Of a DNA stretch of 32,000 nucleotides, positions 18,096 through 30,806 are shown piece after piece (within the stretch, counting starts at the first letter, position 1; the number at the start of each line of letters is the position of its first letter). The stretch lies in contig NC_008340.1 of assembly GCF_000014785.1 (NCBI RefSeq), forward strand, positions 2,070,001 through 2,102,000, written 5' to 3'. Under the pieces are notes generated by a model that worked only from the letters and a program-made list of their open reading frames with translations, had not been told where the DNA came from and ran no database searches. Position numbers and translations under genes: made by a program. This DNA is from Alkalilimnicola ehrlichii MLHE-1 (GTDB taxonomy: Bacteria; Pseudomonadota; Gammaproteobacteria; Nitrococcales; Halorhodospiraceae).

Positions 18096-18869
18096 TCAGT
18101 GCCCCTCCTCGGCCGGCCGGCCCAGACCGCTGACCCAGCCGGCCACCTGGTCCAACGCGGTATAGCGCGTCAGGTCCACCTGAATCGGGGTCACCGAGAC
18201 ATAGCCGTTGCGTACGGCATAGAAGTCGGTCCCGGGGCCGGCGTCCTCCTCACTACCCGGCGGGCCGATCCAGTAGATCGCCCGGCCGCGCGGGTCCTCG
18301 TCACGCACCACTGGCTCGGCCCGGTGGCGCCGACCCAGGCGCGTCGCCTCCCAGCCCTGTACCTCATGCCAGGGCAGGTCGGGGACGTTGATATTGAGGA
18401 TGGTGTCGGAGGGCAACGGGTCACGGCTCAGGCGCTGAACGATGAGCTGCGCCACCCGGGCTGCCGTGGCCAGGTGCCGGGGCTCGAAGGCATTGAGGGA
18501 GATGGCAATGGCCGGCAGGCCCAGGAAACGCCCCTCGGTGGCCGCGGCCACGGTGCCGCTGTAGAGGACATCGTCGCCCATGTTGGCCCCGGCGTTGATC
18601 CCGGAGACCACCATATCCGGCTCCTCGCTGAGCAGCCCGGTGATGGCCAGGTGGACGCAGTCGGTGGGGGTCCCCTCCACCCGGTAGCGGTGCGGGCCGG
18701 TGCCATGCACGCGCAATGGATAGTCCAGGGTGAGCGAATTGCTCGCGCCGCTACGGTCCCGCTCCGGGGCCACCACGGTCACCCGCGCCATCTCGGACAG
18801 GGCCTCGGCCAGGGCGAGTATGCCGGGCGCCTGGTAACCATCGTCATTGCTGACCAGAATGTGCATCAT
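18096..18869 (-). CDS. surE: 5'/3'-nucleotidase SurE
   Basis: 257 aa; [72 protein letters not shown]. Confidence 0.96.
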   Translation of the reverse strand: MMHILVSNDDGYQAPGILALAEALSEMARVTVVAPERDRSGASNSLTLDYPLRVHGTGPHRYRVEGTPTDCVHLAITGLLSEEPDMVVSGINAGANMGDDVLYSGTVAAATEGRFLGLPAIAISLNAFEPRHLATAARVAQLIVQRLSRDPLPSDTILNINVPDLPWHEVQGWEATRLGRRHRAEPVVRDEDPRGRAIYWIGPPGSEEDAGPGTDFYAVRNGYVSVTPIQVDLTRYTALDQVAGWVSGLGRPAEEGH

Positions 18870-18950
18870 AGAAACGCCGTCGCGTATGCCGGTAGCTGTA
18901 GGGTGGATTGGCCGAGAGTATACCGCGACATCCAGTCACTGAGGGCGGCC

Positions 18951-19487
18951 ATGAGTTGCAACGACCACGACAACCACGACGGGCTCTTCCGCCGGGCGAT
19001 GGCCGGGGTCCGCCCACTCCAGCACAATCGGGTGGCGGCCCGCAAACCGCCGCCCCCGCCCCGCCCCCTGCAGCGGCAGCGGGACGAGCGCCGGGTGATG
19101 GATGAACTGATGGACCCGCCCGACCCGGCCGAGATCGAGACCGGCGAGGAGCTGCTCTACTTTCGGGAGGGCCTGCAACGGCGGGTTCGGCGGCGGCTCC
19201 GGCGCGGCCAGTTCCCGCCCACCGCCTGCCTGGACCTGCACGGCATGACGGCGACCCAGGCCCGCCAGGCCCTGGCGGCCTTCCTGCAGGAGAGCCGCCG
19301 GGGACGCCACCGGTGTGTGCGGATCATCCACGGCAAGGGCAACCGTTCGAGCAACCGGGGGCCGGTACTCAAGCGCAAGGTCGATTACTGGCTGCGCCAG
19401 CGGGAGGAGGTGTTGGGGTTCTGTTCGGCGCTACCCAGTGATGGTGGCACGGGGGCCGCCTATGTCCTCCTGCGCCTGGCACGTTGA
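18951..19487 (+). CDS. Smr-domain protein
   Basis: 178 aa from ATG 18951; ACLDLHGMTATQARQALAAFLQESRRGRHRCVRIIHGKGNRSSNRGPVLKRKVDYWL. Confidence 0.88.
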   Translation: MSCNDHDNHDGLFRRAMAGVRPLQHNRVAARKPPPPPRPLQRQRDERRVMDELMDPPDPAEIETGEELLYFREGLQRRVRRRLRRGQFPPTACLDLHGMTATQARQALAAFLQESRRGRHRCVRIIHGKGNRSSNRGPVLKRKVDYWLRQREEVLGFCSALPSDGGTGAAYVLLRLAR

Positions 19488-20381
19488 GCGCTCCCGCCCG
19501 GACCGGACCCGAATCCCTATGCCGCCGCTTCGCTTGGCCTCGTAGCAGGCCTGGTCGGCCACCTCCAGCAGCGCCTCCGCACCCGGGCCGTGACCGAGAA
19601 CCGGCACCAGGCCGATGCTCACCCCCAACCCCAGCGTCTGCCCCCGCCAGTGGAAGCGATAGTCCCGGACGGCCGCGCGGATCACCTGGGCCACCCGGAT
19701 GGCCTGGAGCAACGGGCAATGCTCCAGCAGCACCAGAAACTCATCACCGCCCAGCCGGGCCACGGTGTCCCGTTGGCGCACACAGTCGAGCAGCCGGCCC
19801 GCCACCTCGGCCAGCGCCCGGTCACCCGCCACGTGGCCGGCCAGATCGTTGATGCCCTTGAAACGATCCAGGTCCAGGTAGCACAGGGCGTGCTCACAGC
19901 ACTGCTCCCCGGCCGACGCCACCATGCGCTCCAGCCGCCGAAGGGCCTCACGGCGGTTCACCAACCCGGTCAGCCCATCGTGGCTGGCCTCGTAGGTGAG
20001 CCGCCGGGCCATCTTCAGGTAGTCGCCGATGTCGCGGAACGAGAGGATGACCCCGCGGGGCTGCCCGGCCCCGTCCTGAATCGGGGCCCCGGTCAGTGCC
20101 ACCTCCAGGGTCTCGCCATCCTGGCGCCGCAGGCGGGCGTGGCGCTCCCCCGCCTGCCCGAGCTGCCGGCACTGCGCCACCAGCGCCTCCGGTGGCAGCG
20201 GCTGCCCCTGCTCCTCCAAGTGCAGGACTGCGCCCAGGGGCTGGCCCCGGGCATTCGCCACGGGCCAGCCGGTCAGTTGCGACGCCCGGGGGTTCAGGTA
20301 GCCGATCCGGCCGTCCGGGCGCACCCAGACCACCGCCTCGGGCAGGGCCTCCAGCAAGGGTTCCTGAAAGGTCAGTCCCAT
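19431..20381 (-). CDS. PAS-GGDEF diguanylate cyclase
   Basis: ATG at 20381 preceded by GGAGG; PAS (EALPEAVVWVRPDGRIGYLNPRASQLTGW), RQRD-TVARL-GGDEF with RxxD inhibitory site five residues before GGDEF. Confidence 0.88.
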   Translation of the reverse strand: MGLTFQEPLLEALPEAVVWVRPDGRIGYLNPRASQLTGWPVANARGQPLGAVLHLEEQGQPLPPEALVAQCRQLGQAGERHARLRRQDGETLEVALTGAPIQDGAGQPRGVILSFRDIGDYLKMARRLTYEASHDGLTGLVNRREALRRLERMVASAGEQCCEHALCYLDLDRFKGINDLAGHVAGDRALAEVAGRLLDCVRQRDTVARLGGDEFLVLLEHCPLLQAIRVAQVIRAAVRDYRFHWRGQTLGLGVSIGLVPVLGHGPGAEALLEVADQACYEAKRSGGIGIRVRSGRERSTCQAQEDIGGPRATITG

Positions 20382-20436
20382 CCCATCCTCCGTCGTCACC
20401 GAGTCCGGCTCATCCAGCGATCACCGCGCCGCCATC

Positions 20437-21063
20437 TCATCCGCCCACCCGTTCACTGTCCACCATCCGCACCAGCACCGATAGGTTGCCGGTCCCGAGC
20501 TTTTCCCGTATCCGCCGGCGCCGGGCCTCCACGGTGGAGAGACTGACGTGCAGCTCACGGGCGATCACCTTGTTGGGCTTGCCCTCCACCACCGCCTCCA
20601 GCACCGCCCGCTCGCCGGGGTTCAGTCGCGCCAGGCGCTCGCGGATCAGCACCCGGCGCCGCTGGCTCTCCCGCCGTTCCGCGTCCTCGTCCAACGCCTC
20701 ACGCACCTTCCGGAGCAGTTCCGCCCCCCGGAAGGGCTTGCACAGGAAGTCCACCGCGCCGTGCTTCATGGCCGTGATCGCTGTCTCGGCATCGCCATGC
20801 CCGGTAACGATAATCACCGGGAGTTCCACCCCGCGGGCGTTCAGGGCCTTCTGCAACCCCAGACCACTGAGGCCGGGCATGCGCACATCCAGCACCACAC
20901 AGCCGCGGCTTTGCTCATCCACGGCCTCCAAAAAGGTCCACGCGTCGCTGAAACCCCGCACCGAAAGACCGTGGGCGCGCATTAAATCGCAAATTGACTC
21001 CCGGACAGCGTGATCGTCATCAACGACAAATACCGTCGCATCAGATTCAGAATAATGATCCAT
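20437..21063 (-). CDS. FixJ/NarL-type response regulator
   Basis: 208 aa from ATG 21063; TVFVVDDDHAVRESICDLM, CVVLDVRMPGLSG, AVDFLCKPF, C-terminal LuxR-type HTH ARLNPGERAVLEAVVEGKPNKVIARELHVSLSTVEARRRRIREKLG. Confidence 0.9.
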   Translation of the reverse strand: MDHYSESDATVFVVDDDHAVRESICDLMRAHGLSVRGFSDAWTFLEAVDEQSRGCVVLDVRMPGLSGLGLQKALNARGVELPVIIVTGHGDAETAITAMKHGAVDFLCKPFRGAELLRKVREALDEDAERRESQRRRVLIRERLARLNPGERAVLEAVVEGKPNKVIARELHVSLSTVEARRRRIREKLGTGNLSVLVRMVDSERVGG

Positions 21064-21231
21064 TAAACGATTATTGATCCCTGGCACGAACCATCGGACG
21101 GGGCCACCCAAGGCCCGGCAGCAGCCCCACGGCCAAGCGGCACCCGTTGATCTCAATGTAATGAAGTGTTGGCGGTACCGGTATGGGGGCCCGCCATATC
21201 TCTCAAAAGGCTTACCCTTATTCCCCGCCAA

Positions 21232-23295
21232 TTATTGGGTACAAGGGTTGACCCGCGCCGCAGGCAACTGGAAGCAGAGGCAACTCCCCGCATCGGGCTC
21301 GCCGGCCCAGAGCCGACCACCGTGGGCCTCTATAATGGACTGACTGATGGGTAGCCCGAGCCCCATGCCATCCGGTTTGGTGGTGTAGAAGGGCACGAAC
21401 AGATTTGCCCGCACCGCCTCGCTCATTCCCGGCCCGGTATCGCAGACGGAGAAGACCACATCCCCCGCCCCGTCGACCGTGGCACTGACCGTGACGCCTC
21501 TCGGCTGATCGGCTGCGTTCTCCCGCATGGCATCCACCGCGTTCCGGATCAGATTGAGCAGCACCTGCTGGATCTGGACCGCATCCACCTGTACGGCAGG
21601 CAAGACGTCAGGCAGATCCAGCCGCAACGCCGCCCCGCCCCGATCCAGTTCGATATCGATCAACTCCCGGATCTCCGCCACCAGCTCGGCAGGGGTGCGG
21701 CATGCTTCCCGCGGCCGCCCCGGATCCCGGCGGGCGAAGGCGCGTACCCGCTGCATGACGGTGCTGGCCCGCTGGGCCTGGGCGATCAGCTTGTCCAGCA
21801 ACCGGCGCACCTCGCCGGGCGTCGCGCGGGCCCCCTCCAACTGCTCCGCCGCGGCGTCCGCATAGGCGATGATCGCGCTCAACGGTTGGTTGAGTTCGTG
21901 CGCCAGCCCGGAGGTCAGTTCCCCCAGCAGGCTGATGCGGTAGACATGACTGAGCGCCTCGCGCTGCTCCCGGCTGCGGGCCTCATACTCCGCCTCCGCC
22001 CACTGATCACCCACCCATTGGGCGAGCAACTGCAGGCTCTCCGCGTCCATGGCACACCAACCGGCGCAATGCGCGCGGGTGCAGAAGAAGGCCAGGTACC
22101 CCTCCACCTCGCCCTGGACCAGGATCGGCGCCTGCAGGCCCGCCTGCAGGGCCGGGCCTTCCTCGCCATGCGCCAGGCGCCAGTGGCGCGGGGCCTGCGA
22201 CCAGGCGCAGCTGGACGCGGCCTGCAGGTCCTCCACCGCACCGCAGCCCGGCGGCAGCAGAGGCGATACATCCAGTGCGGTAGCCACCGGCAGATGGGAG
22301 GCCGGGTGGCCATGGAGCACCGTCCATTGCCCTGCCTGCCGGCGCGCCACCACCGCCAGGTCGGCCCCCAGACAGCGGCTGGCCTGCTCAAGCAGCACCG
22401 CACATTTCTGCTCCACGGCTGCGCGGCGGTCGGTGCTGAGCCGTCGGATCAGACCAATCAGCGCCTGCCCATTGCGCTGCGCCTGTTCCGTCTCCACGCA
22501 GATCAGGTAGAGCCGAAGTACCTCCTGAACGGCGTTGAGGATGTCGAGCTCATCCCCCTCCGGCGGCCGTTGACCACCGCCTGAGCCACGACGGGGCACC
22601 AGCTCGATGAAGCCGTCCTCGGGCAGCAGGGTCGGAAGCGGTTGGCGGTGCAGTGGGGGCTGGGGCTGGAAGCCCGGACAGGGGTAGGCCCGGCCGTTGT
22701 AAACGATGCGGGCCGCGGCGCGCGCCGGCTCTCGCAGGCAGGTGGGCAGCAGTGCAGCGAACCGGACCAGTACGTCGTCACGGTTATCGTCCCGGGCGTC
22801 GTGGGCGAGGACAGCGGCACGGTGCAACAAGGTGAGTAACCGCAGGCGCCGGCGCTGCTCCCGTTCGTAGTCACGCACACGCTGGCGCTCCCGGCGCCGT
22901 TCGGTGACATCCCGCTGAATACTCAGATAGTGGGTGGTCCGGCCCTGCTCATCGCGCAGCGCGGTGATGCGCCACTCCAGTTGGTACTCCTCGCCATTCC
23001 GCCGGTAATTGACCGTCTCGCCGGTAAAGTCCTCACCGGCCTCCAGTTGACGGCGAAGGCGGCGCAATACGCTGCGCTCGGTACGCGGTCCCTGGAGCAG
23101 GCGGGGGCTTTGCCCGATGATCTCGTCCCGGCGATGGCCGGACATGGCCTCGAAGGCGGCGTTGACGAACAGCACGGTGGGGCCCGGCCAATCCAGGCGG
23201 GTGTCGGTGATCAATACGGGATCCGGGCACTGCTCCATGGCCCGGACAAAGACCTCGTCCGGTAACGCCTCCCGGCCCCCGCTCGCCCTGCTCAT
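21232..23295 (-). CDS. PAS-GAF-like hybrid sensor histidine kinase (HisKA + HATPase)
   Basis: 687 aa; N-terminal PAS (MSGHRRDEIIGQSPRLLQG...ITALRDEQGRTTHYLSIQRDVTERR), H-box ELTSGLAHELNQPLSAIIAYADAA, N-box LLNLIRNAVDAM, GLGLPISQSIIEAHGG. Confidence 0.88.
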   Translation of the reverse strand: MSRASGGREALPDEVFVRAMEQCPDPVLITDTRLDWPGPTVLFVNAAFEAMSGHRRDEIIGQSPRLLQGPRTERSVLRRLRRQLEAGEDFTGETVNYRRNGEEYQLEWRITALRDEQGRTTHYLSIQRDVTERRRERQRVRDYEREQRRRLRLLTLLHRAAVLAHDARDDNRDDVLVRFAALLPTCLREPARAAARIVYNGRAYPCPGFQPQPPLHRQPLPTLLPEDGFIELVPRRGSGGGQRPPEGDELDILNAVQEVLRLYLICVETEQAQRNGQALIGLIRRLSTDRRAAVEQKCAVLLEQASRCLGADLAVVARRQAGQWTVLHGHPASHLPVATALDVSPLLPPGCGAVEDLQAASSCAWSQAPRHWRLAHGEEGPALQAGLQAPILVQGEVEGYLAFFCTRAHCAGWCAMDAESLQLLAQWVGDQWAEAEYEARSREQREALSHVYRISLLGELTSGLAHELNQPLSAIIAYADAAAEQLEGARATPGEVRRLLDKLIAQAQRASTVMQRVRAFARRDPGRPREACRTPAELVAEIRELIDIELDRGGAALRLDLPDVLPAVQVDAVQIQQVLLNLIRNAVDAMRENAADQPRGVTVSATVDGAGDVVFSVCDTGPGMSEAVRANLFVPFYTTKPDGMGLGLPISQSIIEAHGGRLWAGEPDAGSCLCFQLPAARVNPCTQ

Positions 23296-24035
23296 GATGG
23301 CCGATCCAGCGCCCCGCCGGGCGCCCGTTCCACCTCCGGTAACAATGGGTAGCGATCCAGTACGCCGACCAGGACCGCCATACGCACCAATTCAGTATAG
23401 GTTTCAATGCGCAACTTGCGGTACAGCCGGGCCCGGTGGACCTCCAATGTCCGCGGACTGATACCCAGCCCCTGGGCAATGTCACGGTGGCTCCCGCCCC
23501 GCGCCAGTGCCCGGAACACCTCTTGCTCGCGCTGGGTGAGCCGCGCCATTTGGGTGCAGAGCCGTTGGCGCCGCCGGTGCTCCTGGACCCGGGCCTGGCC
23601 GGCCTGCACGGCGTGGCAGACCGTGTCCAGGAGCAGTTGGTCACTCACCGGGACCCGCAGGACGTCCCAGGCACCGTGGCGCAGGGCCTGAACCACCGGC
23701 GCCACCGCGGGCGTCCGCACCAGGGCCACCAGCGGGGCAATAGCCGACCCGGGCCCCAACGCCCTGTCCAGGCTTGCCAGGCAATCGGGGTCGGCATCGA
23801 GGTTCAGCAACACACACCCGGGGACTTCGCCCCGCTCGCAGCCCCCCTCCCGGCAGCGGCGGGTGCAGAGCGTCACCCGCAGGCCCGCACCCTGGAGCAG
23901 GCCTGTCAGCCGCTCCGCCTCCTCCGCCGGAAAGCCGCTCAGGCAGACGGTACCCGCTCCCGTCTCCAGATCGCTCAAACCCCGGCCCCCCCAACATTCA
24001 AGGCGAGAAAAGACTACGCCTTTCAGTATAGTCAT
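23292..24035 (-). CDS. LuxR/FixJ-type regulator with degenerate receiver domain (start codon uncertain)
   Basis: Up to 247 aa; C-terminal HTH ARLTQREQEVFRALARGGSHRDIAQGLGISPRTLEVHRARLYRKL; N-terminal receiver-like fold lacking the acidic phosphoacceptor. Stop overlaps sensor-kinase ATG (ATGA). Confidence 0.78.
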   Translation of the reverse strand: MTILKGVVFSRLECWGGRGLSDLETGAGTVCLSGFPAEEAERLTGLLQGAGLRVTLCTRRCREGGCERGEVPGCVLLNLDADPDCLASLDRALGPGSAIAPLVALVRTPAVAPVVQALRHGAWDVLRVPVSDQLLLDTVCHAVQAGQARVQEHRRRQRLCTQMARLTQREQEVFRALARGGSHRDIAQGLGISPRTLEVHRARLYRKLRIETYTELVRMAVLVGVLDRYPLLPEVERAPGGALDRPS

Positions 24036-24074
24036 CTTATTATAATTGGGTTTTTGTGTAATTGCGTGCGTTAA

Positions 24075-25115
24075 TCAACACTCCAACACCTCCCGTACCA
24101 CCACGGTGGCATAGGCCCCGGCAGGCAGCCGGAAACTAAGTTGGAGCCGGCCCGGCGCCGGCCAATGCCAGGCGAGATCGACCACCCGCAGGCGCAGCGC
24201 ACGGCGCGCCGCCTCCATCCTTGCCCGCGCCAGGCCCTGGTGCCAGAGGGGTTCGGCCGCCAATACCGACCGCTCCAGGGCCGCGACCTCGCCGCCGGGC
24301 TGCACCCCGCGCTCGCCCGCCAGTGGCCCCGTGGGGTGGATCTCCAGACGGGCACACCGCCCGGGCAGAGCGGGGTCGGCCGGATCGGTCTCGAACACCG
24401 CTCCGCGCCCATCGAGCATGGCCACCTCGCCCGGCAACAGTCGGTTCCAACTGCCCTCCCCGACCCGCCGCGCCAGCACCCGATTGAACAGCTCGGACCG
24501 CACGCTGGAGAGCAGCAGGCCGCGCAGCTTGCGGTCGCGGGGCGGACGCCCGCCGGCGAACCAGGCCGAGGCCTGGGCCAGATTGCCGCCGCCACGCCCG
24601 AAGCGCTGGTGGCCGAAGTAGTTGGGCACGCCCTGGGTGCTGATGCGGTAGAGGCGCTGTGCCACCGCCGCCGGATCGGCGTCGCAGTCCCGCAGGGTCA
24701 GCACGAACCGGTTGCCCTTGAGGGCCCCGGTGCGCAGCTTTCGATGGTGGCGCCGGGCGATCAGGATGCGCACGCCCGGGATCGGCCCCTCCCCCACGCC
24801 CAGGGGCAGCGACCGACCGGGCGACTGCAGGCTGAACCACTGGCGGGTCAGGGCGTGTTTGTCCTTCAGGCCGGCAAAGGAGACCGCCCGCGGGTGGATG
24901 CCGGCGGCCTCGGCCAGCGCCCGGGCCACCTGCGCGGTGTTCAGACCCCGCTTTTCCACCCACAGCCACAGGTGCTCCCCGTCGCCGCAAGGGCAGAGCC
25001 CGGTCTGCTCCTCGACCAGGAAGTCCTCCGGGGTGGCCTTGAGGCGCGCCGTGCCCAGCGGGGGGCCCCAGGCGCGGGGCAGGGACGCGGCTTGCTCAGT
25101 GCTCAAAAAAACCAT
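24075..25115 (-). CDS. truD: tRNA pseudouridine(13) synthase TruD
   Basis: 346 aa; GDGEHLWLWVEKRGLNTAQVARALA, FAGLKDKHALTRQWFSLQ, GVPNYFGHQRFGRGGGNL. Confidence 0.94.
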   Translation of the reverse strand: MVFLSTEQAASLPRAWGPPLGTARLKATPEDFLVEEQTGLCPCGDGEHLWLWVEKRGLNTAQVARALAEAAGIHPRAVSFAGLKDKHALTRQWFSLQSPGRSLPLGVGEGPIPGVRILIARRHHRKLRTGALKGNRFVLTLRDCDADPAAVAQRLYRISTQGVPNYFGHQRFGRGGGNLAQASAWFAGGRPPRDRKLRGLLLSSVRSELFNRVLARRVGEGSWNRLLPGEVAMLDGRGAVFETDPADPALPGRCARLEIHPTGPLAGERGVQPGGEVAALERSVLAAEPLWHQGLARARMEAARRALRLRVVDLAWHWPAPGRLQLSFRLPAGAYATVVVREVLEC

Positions 25116-25590
25116 CCCGGGCGATCAGCACCACCGCCATGGCGGCAATGCCCTCGCCCCGGCCCGGAAACCCCATGCGCTCGGTGGTGGTCGCCTTGAC
25201 GTTTACCGCCGAAGGCGCCACCTCGAGGTCGGCGGCCAGATGGTCGCGCATGGCCCCCACATGGGGGTTCATGCGGGGTGCCTGGGCGATCAGGGTGGCG
25301 TCGACGTTCACCACGCGCCAGCCACCGGCCCGGACCCGCTGCAGCGCGTCGCGCAGCAGGATCCGGCTGTCGATGCCTTTATAGGCATCGTCTGAGTCGG
25401 GAAAGTGGGTGCCCAGATCGCCCTCACCGGCCGCACCCAGGAGCCCATCGGTGACCGCGTGCATCAGCACGTCGCCGTCGGAGTGGGCCGCCAGCCCACG
25501 CTCATGGGGGACCTGCACCCCACCCAGGATCAGGGGGGTGCCGGGCTCGCCGAACCGGTGGGCATCAAAGCCCTGTCCTACCCGGATCAT
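25096..25590 (-). CDS. ispF: 2-C-methyl-D-erythritol 2,4-cyclodiphosphate synthase
   Basis: 164 aa from ATG 25590; MIRVGQGFDAHRFGEP, ERGLAAHSDGDVLMHAVTDGLLGAAGEGDLGTHFPDSD, KATTTERMGFPGRGEGIAAMA. Confidence 0.95.
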   Translation of the reverse strand: MIRVGQGFDAHRFGEPGTPLILGGVQVPHERGLAAHSDGDVLMHAVTDGLLGAAGEGDLGTHFPDSDDAYKGIDSRILLRDALQRVRAGGWRVVNVDATLIAQAPRMNPHVGAMRDHLAADLEVAPSAVNVKATTTERMGFPGRGEGIAAMAVVLIARDGFFEH

Positions 25591-25639
25591 GTCTGTCTGC
25601 CTCCGCGCCTTGAGTCCATGTCGCCGACCAGGGGGGGGG

Positions 25640-26347
25640 TCAGGCGCCGGTCCCGCCCTGGGCGACCAGGATGGCCTCCGCAAGGGCCAGGTCCGCCGGG
25701 CGGGTGATCTTGATGTTGGTGGCCTCGCCCGGGATCAGGCGCGGGCGCCCGCCCACCGCCTCCATGGCCGAGGCATCGTCGGTGATGGTGAGTCCGGCCT
25801 CGCCGGCCTTCGCCAGCGCCTCGCGCAATGCCATCACCGGAAAGAGCTGAGGGGTCAGGGCGTGCCACAGCCCCTCGCGGTCCACGGTGCGGGCCACGTG
25901 GCCGTCACCGTCGTCCCTCTTGAGGGTGTCGCGCACCGGAAAGGCGAGCAAGCCGCCGCGCTCGTCCCGGGCGCGGTCAATCAGCCGCTCCAGCTCCGCC
26001 ATCCCGACACAGGGCCGCACCGCGTCATGCACCAGGGCATAGTCCCGTGTGCCCCCCTGTTCGGCGAGCCAATGCAGAACGGATTGGACCGAATCGCTGC
26101 GTTCCGCCCCACCCGGCACCCGGTGCACGGGTTTCCGGTGTCGGTAGCCCAGGGCATCCCAGTGGTTATCCTCGGGGGAGAGGGCCACCACGGCGCCGTG
26201 CACGGCCGGCAGTGCCAGCAGTCGATCCAGGGTCCGGGCGATCACCGGACGCCCGGCCAGCGGCAGGTACTGTTTGGGCAGCGGTCCGCCCATACGCCGG
26301 CCGACACCGGCCGCCGGCAGGACCGCCCAGATCCGTGGTTCACTCAC
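25640..26347 (-). CDS. ispD: 2-C-methyl-D-erythritol 4-phosphate cytidylyltransferase
   Basis: 235 aa; AVLPAAGVGRRMGGPLPKQYLPLAGRPVIARTL, VHDAVRPCV, ITDDASAMEAVG. Confidence 0.94.
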   Translation of the reverse strand: MSEPRIWAVLPAAGVGRRMGGPLPKQYLPLAGRPVIARTLDRLLALPAVHGAVVALSPEDNHWDALGYRHRKPVHRVPGGAERSDSVQSVLHWLAEQGGTRDYALVHDAVRPCVGMAELERLIDRARDERGGLLAFPVRDTLKRDDGDGHVARTVDREGLWHALTPQLFPVMALREALAKAGEAGLTITDDASAMEAVGGRPRLIPGEATNIKITRPADLALAEAILVAQGGTGA

Positions 26348-26631
26348 CGGGCGTCATCCTCCCGTTCAATGATCTGATAAAAGGTCTCGCCCTCGCGGAT
26401 CATACCCAGCTCGCTGCGGGCCCGCTCCTCCAGCGCCTCCAGGCCGGTCTTGAGGTCGTTGACCTCGGCCTCCAGGGCCTGATTGCGCTGGCGCAGCCGG
26501 TCCACTTCCTCCCGCTGGGCCTCGACACTGCGGCTCAGCCCCCGGACGTCGTTCAGACCGCCCTCGCCGAACCAGAGCAGCCCCTGGAGCCACAGCAGCA
26601 GCGCGGTGAGACCGGCGAGCACCCAACGCAT
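26344..26631 (-). CDS. ftsB: Cell division protein FtsB
   Basis: 95 aa; N-terminal TM then coiled coil SVEAQREEVDRLRQRNQALEAEVNDLKTG, followed by EERARSELGMIREGETFYQII; 4-nt overlap with ispD. Confidence 0.9.
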   Translation of the reverse strand: MRWVLAGLTALLLWLQGLLWFGEGGLNDVRGLSRSVEAQREEVDRLRQRNQALEAEVNDLKTGLEALEERARSELGMIREGETFYQIIEREDDAR

Positions 26632-26658
26632 GAGGGTTCACGGGGCGCGCCCCGCGCG

Positions 26659-28834
<2,176 letters not shown>

Positions 28835-28887
28835 GGCTATCAGTCCCCTGTCACGTTGGTGCGAGTATTTTCAGCCCTGCCTGTACC

Positions 28888-30570
<1,683 letters not shown>

Positions 30571-30662
30571 TTAGCAGAAGGGGGGCCAATTCACAACGGA
30601 CACCGGCGCGCGCCCCTTCAGAGCGACCGCCGGCACCGGGGTACCGCCGGGGCGGTGGGTGG

Positions 30663-30806
30663 GGCGGCTGAGGGTCTGGCCGGCGGGCGGGGGTGTCCGT
30701 CACGGGGCGTCGGCGGCCAGGGATGGCCGCCGTCGAGCGTACAGGGATGTATTCACAGCGTCCCCGTGACGGACACCCCCGCCCGCCGGCCAGACCCTCA
30801 GCCGCC
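30663..30806. repeat. Perfect 45-bp inverted repeat with 54-nt structured spacer (nested palindrome)
   Basis: Left arm 30663-30707 GGCGGCTGAGGGTCTGGCCGGCGGGCGGGGGTGTCCGTCACGGGG is the exact reverse complement of 30762-30806. The spacer contains a second hairpin CGGCGGCC (30711-30718) / GGCCGCCG (30725-30732). Confidence 0.97.

Noticed and set aside
18093-18950. N-terminal ~286 aa of the 464-aa + strand ORF ending at 19487
   Set aside because: It lies antisense to surE; the credible Smr-domain protein starts at ATG 18951.
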